From a bacterium (lineage in GTDB: Bacteria; Patescibacteriota; Minisyncoccia; Moranbacterales; UBA2206), in assembly GCA_021785125.1 (NCBI GenBank), contig JAJYGF010000012.1, positions 16,612 through 80,611 on the forward strand: 64,000 nt of DNA. Reading direction: 5' to 3'. Made by a program: the position numbers and the translations under genes. The stretch's first letter is position 1. Each line of letters starts with the position of its first letter. Below are positions 1-8,898 of the stretch, piece by piece. Below the pieces are notes generated by a model, which was given only the letters and a program-made list of their open reading frames with translations, searched no databases and was not told the DNA's origin.

Positions 1-168
1 TTGACGACGGGAGTCGTTGCTCTTATACTCTATTATATCCTCTGGGATCTGACCCAAAGTTACTTCTTGAATTTATTGAGCCAGAAAAGAGTGGTTGCGA
101 ATATGGTCTTTTTTTCTGTGTTGGTGGTGTTGGTGCTTCTCAGTGCCAAATGGTTGCCGGTAGTTTAG
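1..168 (+). CDS. C-terminal fragment of an upstream hydrophobic (membrane) protein, running off the window edge
   Basis: Frame 1 is open from position 1 to a TAG at 166-168. The translation is hydrophobic (…VVALILYYILWDL…VFFSVLVVLVLLSAKWLPVV*). Confidence 0.3.
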   Translation: MTTGVVALILYYILWDLTQSYFLNLLSQKRVVANMVFFSVLVVLVLLSAKWLPVV

Positions 169-207
169 CTTGTAGGATCATGAGGGGCGAGCAATTATCA
201 AAAGCTT

Positions 208-1398
208 ATGTTGCAACAAACAATTATTAAAAAAATCGCCAAAAAAATTTTATTTTTCGCAGTCATCATTTTGATCGGCGGCTTTGGCGGCATGTTTTGC
301 GATCGCTATCTTTTTCCATATCTTTCCACGACCAAGTGGTTTTCCGGTTATGACTTTCTTAAAAGAGGAGCTGAGGATATCACGGTAATAAACAAGACGG
401 AACAGACGACTGTCAAGGAAGAGGCGTCTATCAATCAAATCGCCGACCAAGTCGCTTCTTCGGTGGTGAGCATAATCTCTTATCCCGATCCGAATTCCAA
501 AAAAATCGCGTTGAGGACGGACGCATCTTCAAATTCGAGTTCGTCCGCCAAAAACGGAACCGGTGTTATCGTTACTGGAGACGGCATGATTATGACGTAT
601 GCAGACGCAATCAATCCGACGGGAGATAAATACAAAGTGATGACCAATGATGGCAATGTCTATGATGCGACTCTCCTTGGAGTGGATTCATATAGCAATC
701 TGGCGTTTTTAAAAATAAATGCCAGTAATTTGCCAGTGGTTTCATTCGGCGATTCTAACAGTGTCAAGGCTGGCGAAAAAGTGATAGCGATGGCTAATGG
801 CTTCGATTCTTATTCCGATCGTTACGCCAGTGGCCTGATCAGCGACTTTGATCCATTGTTCAATCTGGCCGGCTTGTCGGTTTCCAGTTCGGAAAAATTG
901 GAAGGTGTGTTTGAAGCTGATTTGAATTATGAGAAATATTTTGTCGGAGGACCGGTCATTGATTATAACGGCCAGGTCGCGGGCATTGTCGGAACGATTG
1001 AACGGAATAACGTGCAAGACTTCTTTGTGATTCCATCCAATAAACTGAAGTCCGTGATCAATCGGGCCATTGATAATGAATTGAGCAAGAATCCGGTTCT
1101 AGGCGTCTATTATTTGCCAATTACCCAGACCTATGCGATTGAAAATAATTTGAATGTCCAAAATGGGGCTTTGATCTATTCTTCTACCGGCCAACAAGGA
1201 TTGGCCATAATCGCCAATTCGCCGGCGCAAAAGGCGGGACTCAAAATCGGAGATATAATCACGGCGGTCGGGAACGACAAAATCGTGGCCGGACAAAATT
1301 CATTGCCTGATCTTTTATACGGATATAAGCAAGGGGATTCGGTCAATCTTACGATTTTGAGAATCGGACAGCAGATGCAGATCAGCGTGCAATTGTAA
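208..1398 (+). CDS. HtrA/DegP-like trypsin-fold protein with C-terminal PDZ domain; probably catalytically inactive
   Basis: N-terminal TM helix, a trypsin-like core and a PDZ domain (GLKIGDIITAVGNDKI). The position of the GNSGGP serine motif reads YFVGGP, and the protein contains no histidine at all. Confidence 0.6.
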   Translation: MLQQTIIKKIAKKILFFAVIILIGGFGGMFCDRYLFPYLSTTKWFSGYDFLKRGAEDITVINKTEQTTVKEEASINQIADQVASSVVSIISYPDPNSKKIALRTDASSNSSSSAKNGTGVIVTGDGMIMTYADAINPTGDKYKVMTNDGNVYDATLLGVDSYSNLAFLKINASNLPVVSFGDSNSVKAGEKVIAMANGFDSYSDRYASGLISDFDPLFNLAGLSVSSSEKLEGVFEADLNYEKYFVGGPVIDYNGQVAGIVGTIERNNVQDFFVIPSNKLKSVINRAIDNELSKNPVLGVYYLPITQTYAIENNLNVQNGALIYSSTGQQGLAIIANSPAQKAGLKIGDIITAVGNDKIVAGQNSLPDLLYGYKQGDSVNLTILRIGQQMQISVQL

Positions 1399-1430
1399 AT
1401 TCAGAAATCCGCAATTTTGTAGTATTAAAC

Positions 1431-1460
1431 AAGATACGCTATGGCGTATCTTTTGTTTTG
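1431..1460 (+). terminator. rho-independent terminator
   Basis: Hairpin aagatacgc-tatg-gcgtatctt followed by ttgttttg, just downstream of the stop at 1398. Confidence 0.5.
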
Positions 1461-1536
1461 GCGGGCTTGACAATTGCCTTGATTAGTGCTAGACTACAAT
1501 GTTTTAAAGACAAGGTAACTATTAATTTCAAAATAT

Positions 1537-1944
1537 ATGACAAAAAAAGGCTTAATCAAAGGAATATTTGCCGTATTAGCGTCAATTGCGCTTGTCCTGG
1601 CTGTTTCCAAAGCATCCGCTTGCGACGGTAATTCCTGCAGCACGCAGATTTCTTCGCAGACGTCATCGTCTCAATCGCAAAATCAGACGCAGACCAGCAC
1701 GTCCAATTCGACCAGCTCGGCAGACAGTTCTTCGACCAGTTCCGCCTCCGCCAGTGCTACCGCGGAAGTCAAAGTAAAGGTGAAAGATCATGAAGATCAT
1801 CATGATGATCACAAAAAATCGGAATTTTTCCGCAAGAGATTGCCGGCTACCGGAGACGGATTGGCGGTATTGGCAGTCATGGCAGTCTTGGCCGCTATCA
1901 TATCCTGGATCGGCGTCAAGAAATTTTCCGCGAAAGTAAAATAA
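1537..1944 (+). CDS. Small secreted LPXTG-anchored surface protein, Ser/Thr-rich and His-rich
   Basis: Signal peptide, S/T/Q low-complexity region, a DHEDHHDDHKK histidine cluster, then LPATG + hydrophobic segment + KKFSAKVK positively charged tail, which is a classic sortase sorting signal. Confidence 0.7.
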   Translation: MTKKGLIKGIFAVLASIALVLAVSKASACDGNSCSTQISSQTSSSQSQNQTQTSTSNSTSSADSSSTSSASASATAEVKVKVKDHEDHHDDHKKSEFFRKRLPATGDGLAVLAVMAVLAAIISWIGVKKFSAKVK

Positions 1945-1993
1945 AAAACACGCATCTTGGCATGGTTCATAACCGGATCATAATTTCAAAACA

Positions 1994-2851
1994 ATGTCTA
2001 AATTGCTCGGCACAATCAGAAAATATTCCAAAAAGATCGCGCTTTTTTGCGGGTTGTTCCTTCTGATTTTTGTCGCGTTCTTTTTCATCGCCAACTTGGA
2101 TCTGTCTCCGGCTAAGAAAGCGGCTGATCCGCAAGCCGGATTGGTCAAACCTGACATGAGCAAAGAGCTTGCCGCCAAGTTGGGCTCCACGGGCGTGTAC
2201 ATGGAAAGCTATGCCGATTGGGCCAAACGTTACGGATTGGACAGTAGCAACAATGGATACGATCAGGATCCGGACCATGACGGATTGCCGAATTATTTGG
2301 AATATGTTTATGGCACCAATCCTTTGAAAGCCGATACGGACGGGGACGGCTATTCGGATAAACAGGAAATCATGGCCGGTTACGATCCGAACGATCCAGG
2401 TTCGGATTCGCGGATCGCGGTTGAAGTGATAATTCCGAAAATCAATGTGGATGCGCCGATGGTTTGGTCAAAAAGCCATGATGACAACGCCATGCTGGCC
2501 GATCTTGAGAACGGCCTTAGTCATTATGTGAATACGGCCGCGCCCGGACAAAACGGCAACATGATAATCTCTGGCCATTCCAGCAACTATATCTGGGCCA
2601 AAGGGAATTACAATCACGTCTTCAAAGATCTTAATGATTTGAACAAGGGCGACATTGTGAAAGTGAAAACCGTCCAGGCTGACGGACGAGTCATAATTTA
2701 TCAATACGCGGTGACTGGAAAATATATCGATGCTCCGGATGATCCGAGAATATTCGCCGATTCGTCCGATCCGACTTTGACTTTGTCCACTTGCTGGCCG
2801 CTCGGGACGAATCTAAAGAGGCTGATTGTGAAGGCGGAGATAGTACATTAA
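1994..2851 (+). CDS. Sortase (transpeptidase) with N-terminal TM anchor and calcium-binding-like Asp-rich repeats
   Basis: Sortase His motif NMIISGHS, catalytic Cys motif TLSTC and conserved Arg (RLIVKAE). DxDxDG-type repeats (DQDPDHDG, DTDGDGYSD) sit between the TM segment and the catalytic domain. Confidence 0.8.
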   Translation: MSKLLGTIRKYSKKIALFCGLFLLIFVAFFFIANLDLSPAKKAADPQAGLVKPDMSKELAAKLGSTGVYMESYADWAKRYGLDSSNNGYDQDPDHDGLPNYLEYVYGTNPLKADTDGDGYSDKQEIMAGYDPNDPGSDSRIAVEVIIPKINVDAPMVWSKSHDDNAMLADLENGLSHYVNTAAPGQNGNMIISGHSSNYIWAKGNYNHVFKDLNDLNKGDIVKVKTVQADGRVIIYQYAVTGKYIDAPDDPRIFADSSDPTLTLSTCWPLGTNLKRLIVKAEIVH

Positions 2852-2961
2852 TCTTGTTTTGATTCGATGCTCATGGGTTTAAAACAGGAGCATCGTGAAA
2901 AAAGAGATTGATTTGTTTTTTGACAACTAAACTGTTAACTTTTTCACAAAGGAGGTAAGGT

Positions 2962-4230
2962 ATGAAGAGGCTGTTAATAGGATTATTGGTGATATGGATG
3001 GTTTTGTTTTCCGCGAGCTTCGCGCTGGCGGATGGGGGTACGGATATCGATATAAATAATTCGGCTAACGCTAGCGCCAATGCAAGCGCTAGCTCGTCTG
3101 CTAACGCAAACGCATCTGCAAACCAATCGCAGACTCAGAGCCAGACGCAAACCCAGTCGCAGACCGCGACTGGCGGAAATGCGAAGGGCGGCAATGCGGT
3201 TGTGAATGAAGCGCGTCAGACTATGAACGCGCCACCGGCCGGTGCTGTAGGAGGTTTTACGCTTGCAGCGGGAGTGGCGGCGGTGGCAGCAGATATGCCT
3301 CTTTGTGATCCGCTCTATCTGCATACGTATACAGAAAAAGAGGTGGATAGGATGAGCGAGTCATCCGGCGGAGAACGCAGAGGCGGATTCTGGCACCGGC
3401 TTTTTACCAGTACGACGGACGATGCTGGTGATGTTTCGAAATCTCCTTCCAAGGAAATTTCGATCATCTGTCCTGACGAAGTTTGTCAGAACAGCAGGAT
3501 TTTGGGCACGGTAAATCAGGAAGGGCTCTATGGCCAGTCACTTTTTTCGACGACCGGAAAGGCCCTGAAAAGGGCGATGCAAATGGGAGCCGCATATGTT
3601 ATTGAGAGATACAGTGTGCGGGAAGATCCCAAAGCTTCGTCGTCCGCGTTCGGAATAGGCGGATCGATAGCCGGGGCAACAAGCGCCATTACGTTGGGCG
3701 CTAGCTGGGGTTCGACCACGACTTCAATGTATGTCGCGTATGACGTAACATTGGAGATTGTGGACAAAGTTTGCCCGCCACGGATTGAAAATCAAGCTGT
3801 CACACCGCCGGTGTATAGAAATATCACTACGACGGTAAAAGAACCATGTCCGTGCGACAAAAACAAGCTGATCGAGATGATCGATCAGTGTACTCTGGAG
3901 TTGAAAAACTGCCCTAAACTTTCCTTCAATAATTTTTATTGGAGGGAAAGGCGGGGAACAGCGCTTATGCTGCTGTTTAAGTGCGAGGGGAAGTCCGACC
4001 TCAATCTGATTCGGGAAGCTCGGGAGGATTTCCGGCTTGGCGAAAAAGATCATGACCTCGGTCATGACATAAAAGCCAACCAAAAGGTGGCCAGGGCGCT
4101 GGACGATAATCTCCAGTGGAACTGGTCGCTCTGCATCCGGATCTTAGATGGTCCGGACGCGCAGTATACTTTCGCCCGGGCCAGGAAAATGGCAATCGTG
4201 CCCACGGATCTTTCCGAAATCAAAGAATAG
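2962..4230 (+). CDS. Secreted hypothetical protein with N/A/S/Q/T low-complexity repeats and a Cys-rich C-terminal region
   Basis: Good RBS (aaggaggtaagg) and a signal peptide (MKRLLIGLLVIWMVLFSASFALA). (NAS)n and (QTQS)n repeats. The GC content is clearly above that of neighbouring genes. Confidence 0.55.
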   Translation: MKRLLIGLLVIWMVLFSASFALADGGTDIDINNSANASANASASSSANANASANQSQTQSQTQTQSQTATGGNAKGGNAVVNEARQTMNAPPAGAVGGFTLAAGVAAVAADMPLCDPLYLHTYTEKEVDRMSESSGGERRGGFWHRLFTSTTDDAGDVSKSPSKEISIICPDEVCQNSRILGTVNQEGLYGQSLFSTTGKALKRAMQMGAAYVIERYSVREDPKASSSAFGIGGSIAGATSAITLGASWGSTTTSMYVAYDVTLEIVDKVCPPRIENQAVTPPVYRNITTTVKEPCPCDKNKLIEMIDQCTLELKNCPKLSFNNFYWRERRGTALMLLFKCEGKSDLNLIREAREDFRLGEKDHDLGHDIKANQKVARALDDNLQWNWSLCIRILDGPDAQYTFARARKMAIVPTDLSEIKE

Positions 4231-4240
4231 GGGGTTACCG

Positions 4241-4822
4241 ATGAAAAAGATCACAATCGTTCTGTTTATGGTGCTTGCGCTGGCAGTTCCTGCGGCGCAG
4301 GCATATGAAACCGTTCCATCGGACGCGTCTGCTGACGTTTACCAGCAGCAGCTGGATCAGATCAATGTCCAGCTGAAGGCTGAAAGGGCGGCGCTTCGCG
4401 AGGCAAAAACAAGAAGCGTAAAGATGTACGCCAACACTACGAGTCTGCTGAACGCGCACTTTGCGGATCAGCAGGTCAGGAATGACGAGGCCAACAATGA
4501 CACAAGGCAGATCATTGTCGGCGCGGTCGGCAATGCCAAGAATGAAACCTTGGCAAGGATCGACCGGATGGGAGAAAAGGAGAAGGAGAGAGATGAAGAA
4601 CTAGCATGGGGGCTGAGTTTTCTGTTCGCCTTCATGCTTCTCGGAGGTTGCCTTATCGTCGGTCTCATGTTTTTTACAACGAGGCCGGCCAAGGTGGCGC
4701 GCACATTGCGTCATCCTGAGGTGATGAACGCAGCCGAAGAATTGTTGCTCCCAATAAGGGAACAACTAAGAAGAATAGCTGAACATCTAAACATCCCGCC
4801 GGAGTCGGACGGTGGGTCATAA
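4241..4822 (+). CDS. Secreted/membrane-anchored hypothetical protein (signal peptide plus C-terminal TM)
   Basis: ATG at 4241 is preceded by a GGGGG RBS and a signal peptide ending AAQA. Coiled-coil-like middle region and a C-terminal TM helix. The 4148 start in the ORF track is upstream of the RBS and overlaps the preceding gene. Confidence 0.5.
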   Translation: MKKITIVLFMVLALAVPAAQAYETVPSDASADVYQQQLDQINVQLKAERAALREAKTRSVKMYANTTSLLNAHFADQQVRNDEANNDTRQIIVGAVGNAKNETLARIDRMGEKEKERDEELAWGLSFLFAFMLLGGCLIVGLMFFTTRPAKVARTLRHPEVMNAAEELLLPIREQLRRIAEHLNIPPESDGGS

Positions 4823-4891
4823 GCTATTTCGAGGAGCCTGGGTCAAAGACCCAGGCTCCCCCAAGATTCTCCGAATGGAGATCAAACAAGA

Positions 4892-4921
4892 CAGCGTCAA
4901 TGCACGCTGTTTTTTTGTTTT
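4892..4921 (+). terminator. rho-independent terminator, preceded by a second stable hairpin at 4833-4859
   Basis: cagcgt-caatgc-acgctg stem followed by tttttttg. The upstream hairpin ggagcctgggtc-aaag-acccaggctcc has no T-run. Confidence 0.6.
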
Positions 4922-4930
4922 CTTGACTTT

Positions 4931-6007
4931 TTGAAATATTTGGTGCTAAGCTATCATATTAAAATAATTATGGGCATTTTCATAAAAAACCTGTTCAAAT
5001 CGAAGCTTTTCCTGGCCGCATTTGTCCTTGTTTTCGCGGCGGCCTTTTTGACGGGTGTCGTTTCGCAAAAAGGCTTTGAGGCCGAAACCGAGGTCATGGC
5101 CGTCCCGAAAAGCCTCGCTGTGTCTCAAAATATGGGCCGGATCATGGGTGACATGAATCGGATCATGCATTCGCTTTCTTTCTATGACGACGTCTTGGGC
5201 CAGACTGGTCTGGCCGATCCGGCCACCGGGCTTCCGGATGTCCAACGTAAGAATTATTGGAATTCGGTTTTGCATACGCGGGAAGAGAATAACAGCGATA
5301 TCATCCTGATCAAATATTTCTCGCCTGACGGCTTGCGGGCCAAAAACATTTCCTTGCAATCAGCCAGGAGCCTTGCCTATGAAATGAGCCGGTCGTATAA
5401 CATCAAGACCGAGCTGGATGTCCGGATCATCGACGGGCCGATCGTTTATGATTCATACGGCAATTTGAATTTCTGGCAGCTGTCTTTGCGAAGCTTGATT
5501 TTGGGACTGGCCGGAGGTCTGTTGGCGATGATCCTGGCATTCATTTATGAAAAATTCTCGGTGGCATATGAATCAGGACGCTTGATGCATGGATGGAAAA
5601 AAGAAGAAAAAAAGAAGAAAAAAAGATCGGTCCATGATGACTCTTTGTTCAAGGAGACACCCAGAACTTTTACGGAAGATGTGGAATATGTCTTTCCCTC
5701 GTCGAAAGAAGAGCCGTTAAAGAATGAGCCGGAAGAAAAGATCGGAAAGATTTCGGAAGAAGAGACTGAAGAAAAGATCAGGGAAAAGAATATCAATCAT
5801 CACAAGAAAGCTGGCGCTCCGTCGAATCTGCCGATTGCCGAAGAAGATATGGCGACACTTTTCAAAGAGATGGAAAAATCCGTTCCGGAACCGAAAGAAA
5901 AAACGGAAGGAAAGCCTATCGGGAAAAATGTCGTGCATCGTGAGCCGACCGAGGATGAAATCAGGGAACGATTAAACAAGCTTTTGGGCGGCGGAATGCT
6001 TAAATAA
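4931..6007 (+). CDS. Wzz/chain-length-determinant-like bitopic membrane protein with a Lys/Glu-rich cytoplasmic tail (alternative start 4970)
   Basis: Two TM helices flank a domain of about 150 aa. It is followed by a KKEEKKKKKR and a K/E-rich tail. The gene sits just upstream of rfbC and rfbB. Confidence 0.4.
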   Translation: MKYLVLSYHIKIIMGIFIKNLFKSKLFLAAFVLVFAAAFLTGVVSQKGFEAETEVMAVPKSLAVSQNMGRIMGDMNRIMHSLSFYDDVLGQTGLADPATGLPDVQRKNYWNSVLHTREENNSDIILIKYFSPDGLRAKNISLQSARSLAYEMSRSYNIKTELDVRIIDGPIVYDSYGNLNFWQLSLRSLILGLAGGLLAMILAFIYEKFSVAYESGRLMHGWKKEEKKKKKRSVHDDSLFKETPRTFTEDVEYVFPSSKEEPLKNEPEEKIGKISEEETEEKIREKNINHHKKAGAPSNLPIAEEDMATLFKEMEKSVPEPKEKTEGKPIGKNVVHREPTEDEIRERLNKLLGGGMLK

Positions 6008-6016
6008 AGACTTTAC

Positions 6017-6045
6017 GGGGCGGATTATTCCGCTCTTTTATTTTG
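6017..6045 (+). terminator. weak intrinsic terminator
   Basis: Short hairpin ggcgg-attatt-ccgct followed by cttttatttt. Confidence 0.35.
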
Positions 6046-6070
6046 GTTTAAAGTATAGTATTATGGTTAC

Positions 6071-6616
6071 ATGGAATTCGAGAAAACGACCCTAAAAGAT
6101 GCATATTTGATCAGACCCCAAGTCTTCACTGATGAGCGGGGATTTTTTATGGAGACCTATTCCGAGAAGAAATTCAAGGAGGCGGGAATCGATACCGATT
6201 TCGTGCAAGACAATCATGCGATGTCTGTGACCAAGGGGGTTTTGCGCGGTTTGCATTTCCAGAATCCGCCGCATGCGCAAGCCAAACTGGTACGCGTAGT
6301 AAAAGGCGCTGTTTATGATGTCATCGTAGATCTGCGCAAGAATTCGCCGACATATGGCAAATGGGAGGGTTTTGAATTGACGTCAGAAAATAAATATATG
6401 CTTTTTGTGCCGCGCGGTTTTGCGCATGGCTATGTGACACTCAAGGATTACACTGAATTTCAATATAAGTGCGATAATTTTTATGCGCCAGAAAGCGACA
6501 GCGGAATCATGTGGAATGATCCGGATCTGAAAATTTATTGGCCGATTGAGAATCCGATCTTGTCGAAAAAAGATCAAAAACAACAAAGTTTTAAAGATTT
6601 TAATTCACCTTTTTAA
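6071..6616 (+). CDS. rfbC: dTDP-4-dehydrorhamnose 3,5-epimerase
   Basis: Canonical RmlC N-terminus (LIRPQVFTDERGFFMETY) and the expected length of 181 aa. Confidence 0.88.
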   Translation: MEFEKTTLKDAYLIRPQVFTDERGFFMETYSEKKFKEAGIDTDFVQDNHAMSVTKGVLRGLHFQNPPHAQAKLVRVVKGAVYDVIVDLRKNSPTYGKWEGFELTSENKYMLFVPRGFAHGYVTLKDYTEFQYKCDNFYAPESDSGIMWNDPDLKIYWPIENPILSKKDQKQQSFKDFNSPF

Positions 6617-6661
6617 TATTCTGACATTCTGCAGAAAGCCAGAATGTTTATTATTTTTTTT

Positions 6662-7666
6662 ATGAAAATATTAGTTACGGGAGGGGCGGGATTCATTGGA
6701 AGTAATTTTATCCATTATTGGTTGAAAAATAATCCTGAAGACCGGATCGTTAATTTGGATTTTTTGACCTATGCCGGCAATCTGGAAAATCTGAAGGATT
6801 TGGAAGGCAATCCGAATTATGAATTCGTGAAAGTGGATATTGCGGATAAAAAATTGGTGGATGATTTGGTCAAAGGCGTGGATATGATCGTGCACTTTGC
6901 GGCCGAATCGCATGTCGATCGTTCTATTTTGAACTCCGAAGATTTTATCAAGACCAACGTCATGGGAACGCAGAATCTTCTGGAAGCGGCAAGAAATAAT
7001 GGCAATAAAAGATTCCATCATATTTCCACCGATGAAGTTTTCGGCGCGCTTTCGATGGATGATCCGAAATTCAATGAAAAGACTCCATATGATCCGCGAA
7101 GTCCATACAGTGCGTCAAAAGCGGCATCGGACCATCTGGTGCGGGCCTATTTCCATACGCACAACTTGCCGATCACAATTTCCAATTGCTCCAATAATTA
7201 TGGTCCGTATCAATTTCCGGAAAAGCTCATCCCGCTTTTTGTGACCAATCTGATCGAAGGCAAGAAAGTGCCGGTCTATGGCAAGGGTGAAAATGTGCGC
7301 GACTGGATCCATGTGGACGATCACAATGCTGGCGTGGAAGCGATCATCAAAAAAGGCAAGATTGGCGAAACGTATTGTCTGGGCGGAGGAAATGAACGAA
7401 GCAATATGCAGATTACAAAATCAATCTTGGGCGCGATGGGAGCTGGCGAAGATATGATTGAATATGTGGCTGACAGAAAAGGCCATGACCTGCGCTATTC
7501 GATCGATTATGGAAAGGCCAAAGATGAATTGGGCTGGGAGCCGAAAATCAGTTTCGAACAAGGCTTGCAAGATACGATCGAATGGTACAAGAATAATCAG
7601 GAATGGTGGAGGAATATTAAAAATGGAGAATATCAAGAATATTATAATAAACAATACAGCAATTAA
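6662..7666 (+). CDS. rfbB: dTDP-glucose 4,6-dehydratase
   Basis: MKILVTGGAGFIGSNF Rossmann N-terminus and extended short-chain dehydrogenase (SDR) features. The start was moved to the MKIL methionine. Confidence 0.88.
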   Translation: MKILVTGGAGFIGSNFIHYWLKNNPEDRIVNLDFLTYAGNLENLKDLEGNPNYEFVKVDIADKKLVDDLVKGVDMIVHFAAESHVDRSILNSEDFIKTNVMGTQNLLEAARNNGNKRFHHISTDEVFGALSMDDPKFNEKTPYDPRSPYSASKAASDHLVRAYFHTHNLPITISNCSNNYGPYQFPEKLIPLFVTNLIEGKKVPVYGKGENVRDWIHVDDHNAGVEAIIKKGKIGETYCLGGGNERSNMQITKSILGAMGAGEDMIEYVADRKGHDLRYSIDYGKAKDELGWEPKISFEQGLQDTIEWYKNNQEWWRNIKNGEYQEYYNKQYSN

Positions 7667-7704
7667 TTTTTAAATTTTTGAATTTTTAATCTGTTTTAGG
7701 GTCT

Positions 7705-8216
7705 AATTCCTCGCGGCTTGCCGCGAGAGTATAATGGATGCATGAGCATCTATATACACAAAAGACATAATGTTACTGTTTTGATCTATCATCTCGTCTG
7801 TCCAACCAAATACCGCAAGATCGTGGTGACTGAACCGGTGGACAATCTGATCAAGGAAACATGCATCGAAATCTCAAAAAGATTCCAAATGCACTTTCTC
7901 GAAATCGGAACTGACAACGACCATGTGCACTTTCTCATTCAATCCGTACCAATGATGCTTCCGACAAAGATTGTTCGCGTTGTAAAAAGTATTACGGCAC
8001 GAGAAATCTTTGCCCGAATACCAGAGGTTAAAAAACAGCTGTGGGGCGGAGAGTTTTGGTCAGATGGCTACTATATGTCAACTGTAAGCAAAAACGGTAC
8101 AGAAACAGCCATCCAACAATACGTAAAAAACCAAGGTATCCAACAGGAGTACAAAGCTTTCCATAAGGATCAACTAAAACTCCCGCTGTGATACCTCGCG
8201 GCTTGCCGCGGGGTAA
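7705..8216 (+). mobile_element. IS200/IS605-family insertion sequence (tnpA only) with subterminal hairpins
   Basis: Near-identical palindromes cctcgcggcttgccgcgag (7709-7727) and cctcgcggcttgccgcgggg (8194-8213) flank a Y1 HUH transposase gene. Confidence 0.7.
7742..8191 (+). CDS. tnpA: IS200/IS605 family transposase TnpA (HUH / Y1)
   Basis: LIYHLVCPTKYRKIVV and DHVHFLI (the HUH motif), with a tyrosine near the C-terminus. About 149 aa counted from the ATG. Confidence 0.8.
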   Translation: MSIYIHKRHNVTVLIYHLVCPTKYRKIVVTEPVDNLIKETCIEISKRFQMHFLEIGTDNDHVHFLIQSVPMMLPTKIVRVVKSITAREIFARIPEVKKQLWGGEFWSDGYYMSTVSKNGTETAIQQYVKNQGIQQEYKAFHKDQLKLPL

Positions 8217-8898
8217 TTCATTATAATTAAATGTAGCACATCAAAATTCTATCTCCAACTACCACTAGAATGCAAACAAAAATACCCCCAATTGGGTATC
8301 TAAAATTTTGCTTTATTTCCCGGCTAATTTTATTTACGATGCCGCAGTCTGGAGGTGTTTGAGAACAAATAGGCACACGAACTTTACCACAATAAATTGA
8401 GAAGAAACTGGGACTATCCGGCTAAAAAAATAATTAGCTTTTTAAGGTAACTCCATTATACCAATTTTTACAGTTTTTGGAATAGGCAGCTAAAACGAGA
8501 AGCCATTTTCCTTAAGAAAGTCATCGATAAGCCCGCTTATCGGGATGACAGTGCTTTTTTGTGCAATGCCGTAGAATGCACTTCTTTCTACGGCTGTTTT
8601 TGGGGTGTTCATAGAACAAAAAATGCAGCCGAATAGCTGCAGTTTTTGTATCCCAATTTTATGCGATTAGTCCCTTATATAAAGCCTATTTGTCATCTGA
8701 GTACAACTCTTGATGAACGACCATATAGATTAATAGGTTATCCCTATTTCACCATAACTCCCTAGAAAGGAGGTGATCCATCCACAGCTTCCGCTACGGA
8801 TGCCTTGTTACGACTTCACCCTTGTTACCGATCCTGCCGTGGTTCCTGCTTTGAAACAGGACCTTCGGGCATTACCGGCTCCCCTGGTGTGACGGGCG

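Noticed and set aside
2871-3080. 69-aa minus-strand ORF spanning the sortase-downstream spacer
   Set aside because: It overlaps the RBS and start of the 2962 gene on the opposite strand and has no supporting signals.
2983-3324. 113-aa minus-strand ORF (Arg/Cys-rich)
   Set aside because: It is antisense to the GC-rich secreted-protein gene and is a compositional artefact.
5724-5975. 83-aa Arg/Lys-rich ORF
   Set aside because: It is an alternate frame of the Lys/Glu-rich tail of the 4931-6007 gene and is a low-complexity artefact.
8216-8760. Possible ITS tRNA (Ile/Ala) or ncRNA downstream of the 16S
   Set aside because: No CTGAGCTA or GGTTCGA-type tRNA signatures were visible on the relevant strand, only terminator hairpins. 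It is left unassigned pending a covariance-model scan.
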